From the NCBI GenBank assembly GCA_964016885.1, contig OZ024743.1, positions 283,774,001 to 283,838,000 of the forward strand: a stretch of DNA of 64,000 bases. Direction: 5' to 3'. Origin of the DNA: Eledone cirrhosa (taxonomy: Eukaryota). This document shows, one piece after another, positions 62,307 to 64,000 of this stretch. Made by a program: the position numbers and the translations under genes. Position 1 is the first letter of the stretch; each line of letters starts with the position of its first letter. Under the pieces are notes generated by a model. The model had not been told where the DNA came from. It did no database searches and saw nothing but the letters and a program-made list of their open reading frames with translations.

Positions 62307-62726
62307 CCCTTCAGCATTTAAACCGGCCGTATTCGGCCAGAATTCTTTCACCTCTTTCTGTTCAAACCGTCTAATGGGCCACTCACACTGACGTTAAGGA
62401 ATTGTTCTCAAAATAAATAAGATCAAAGTCTCATAAGTTCAATATTATGTAAGATAAATCCTTTACCACAAAAATACAATAGTATATATATATAATATAT
62501 AATGAAATTATTGTGTAAAGTGCTCAGGTGCACTACAACTTGTCAAAGGTGCATGTATAGTACATAGAATAATACATAAATGTCAGGGAAGTGAATAGTG
62601 TATGAGTCATGATATACATGTGTGTATGTGTATGGAGGGGGAACATTAGGTGTAGTGTTGGCGAATCTCGGGAAGCATGGAGGCCTTAAAGGATGCAGTG
62701 TCTCGAGTATTGTAAATGCTAAAGGG
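62307..62726. mobile_element. piggyBac-like MITE containing a CR1 3' fragment
   Basis: TTAA at 62303-62306 and 62727-62730; TIRs CCCTTCAGCATTTA / TAAATGCTAAAGGG. Confidence 0.75.
62495..62706 (-). mobile_element. Short 3' fragment of CR1 LINE (single 3' end subfamily)
   Basis: Reverse complement closely matches 19111-19320. Confidence 0.92.
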
Positions 62727-62981
62727 TTAAAGATGGAAAAATGTGAACAATAGCACCTAATGGGAATTGAATCCCCATTTCTCGAATACCTTGTGAGTAC
62801 TCTAGAAATACAAAGTTCAATTCCTTGTAGGTGCTTCTGTCCACTTTTTTCTGTCTCTAAGCGTATTTTACTCGATTTTCTCAACCATTATTTATAGTTA
62901 TTGACTGTTATTATAGCCATTTTCTGCATTTGGGACACATATTTTCAAATTTCATATCTTCTCAGTGCTCTATAAATCATA

Positions 62982-63024
<43 letters not shown>

Positions 63025-64000
63025 TGCAAGCAAGGAAAAGTGGATGTAAAATGAAAATGAGGATGTGAAATAGATTGCCTCAGTTGCATGTGAGGTTCTC
63101 AAGTGTTTTGATAGGTTTTGTTACCTAGCTGATCTAATCAGCAGTTGTTAAGGATGCGCTGAAGCCAGAGTAAGAATGGGCTGGAAGAAGTTTAGGGAGC
63201 TGGTGCTTCTGCTGACAACAAGAGTAGACTGTAATGCTACATGTCACTAAGACATAGGCCTTGACTGCAGAAGAGCTGTTGCTTCTTAGAAACTACTCTC
63301 ACCATCATTGTATATCCTCTACTTTACTCAAGATCACCCAACCCCTTCTCACCTTCTCATCACTCTGTTAAACTTCACCACACTTGTCTTACATCCATAA
63401 TTTATTTTCTCACCCATTATTTGAAACTCAACATCGAACTTGCCAATCAACCCCACCCTTTGTCATTTGCCCTTGATATACCTCTCATCTTTCTTACCTA
63501 CCACATCTTATTCCCACCCTACACCCTCCCATTAGATAGAGAGGTCACTTCAGTCATGTCTATGACTCACAACTACCCTAGTGCTGGTGCACCAATAAAA
63601 TGCACCCAATACTCTCAAAGTGGTTGGGGTTAGGAAGGGCTGTATAAACCATACCAAAAATACCAAACACGCTGCCTTTTACAAGCACACCTGCGGCCCG
63701 CACAAAGGTTTTTATAGCACAAGAATGTTTTATCTTCGTAATATAAAATGAAAAAAATTAGTTGTCATGTATGGCCCTCGGGGAACCCTCAGTTTGATAT
63801 GTCTGGTTTAGAGGACCGTCCGGTCATGACATAATAACCTCTCTAGTGCTAGGGCTGCAAAAAGGGTACCCAATTCATCCTACAATGTGATTGGTGATAG
63901 GAAAGACTCCCAGCTAGAAACCATGCTAAAAAGGGTCGAGAAGACTCTTCAGTTTTGTCAAGGGCACGATGACTTATCCAGTGTTGGTGATCTACATGAT

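Overview
AT-rich eukaryotic (animal) genomic DNA, not prokaryotic. The repeat repertoire (tRNA-derived SINEs with RTE tails, (GAT)n and (ATT)n tails) suggests a mollusc, probably an octopus-like cephalopod (inference). The one firmly supported host gene is EDEM1 (GH47 ER-degradation alpha-mannosidase-like protein) on the + strand. It has eight GT-AG exons from 25791 to 62103 that join in frame (1089 nt, 363 codons), and the gene continues past the window. The rest is dominated by mobile DNA: CR1 LINEs (one near full-length and head-to-head with the EDEM1 promoter), many RTE LINEs carrying an in-frame PHD finger, relics of CRE-clade and R4/Dong-clade elements, several SINE families with clear TSDs, and hAT, mariner and piggyBac-like elements. 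The most striking observation is a CR1 subfamily with a tandemly duplicated 3' end whose inner copy carries a strand-biased A-to-G cluster in UA context. This looks like ADAR editing fixed in the genome by reverse transcription, followed by capture of an unedited 3' end. Element boundaries are approximate unless TSDs are given.
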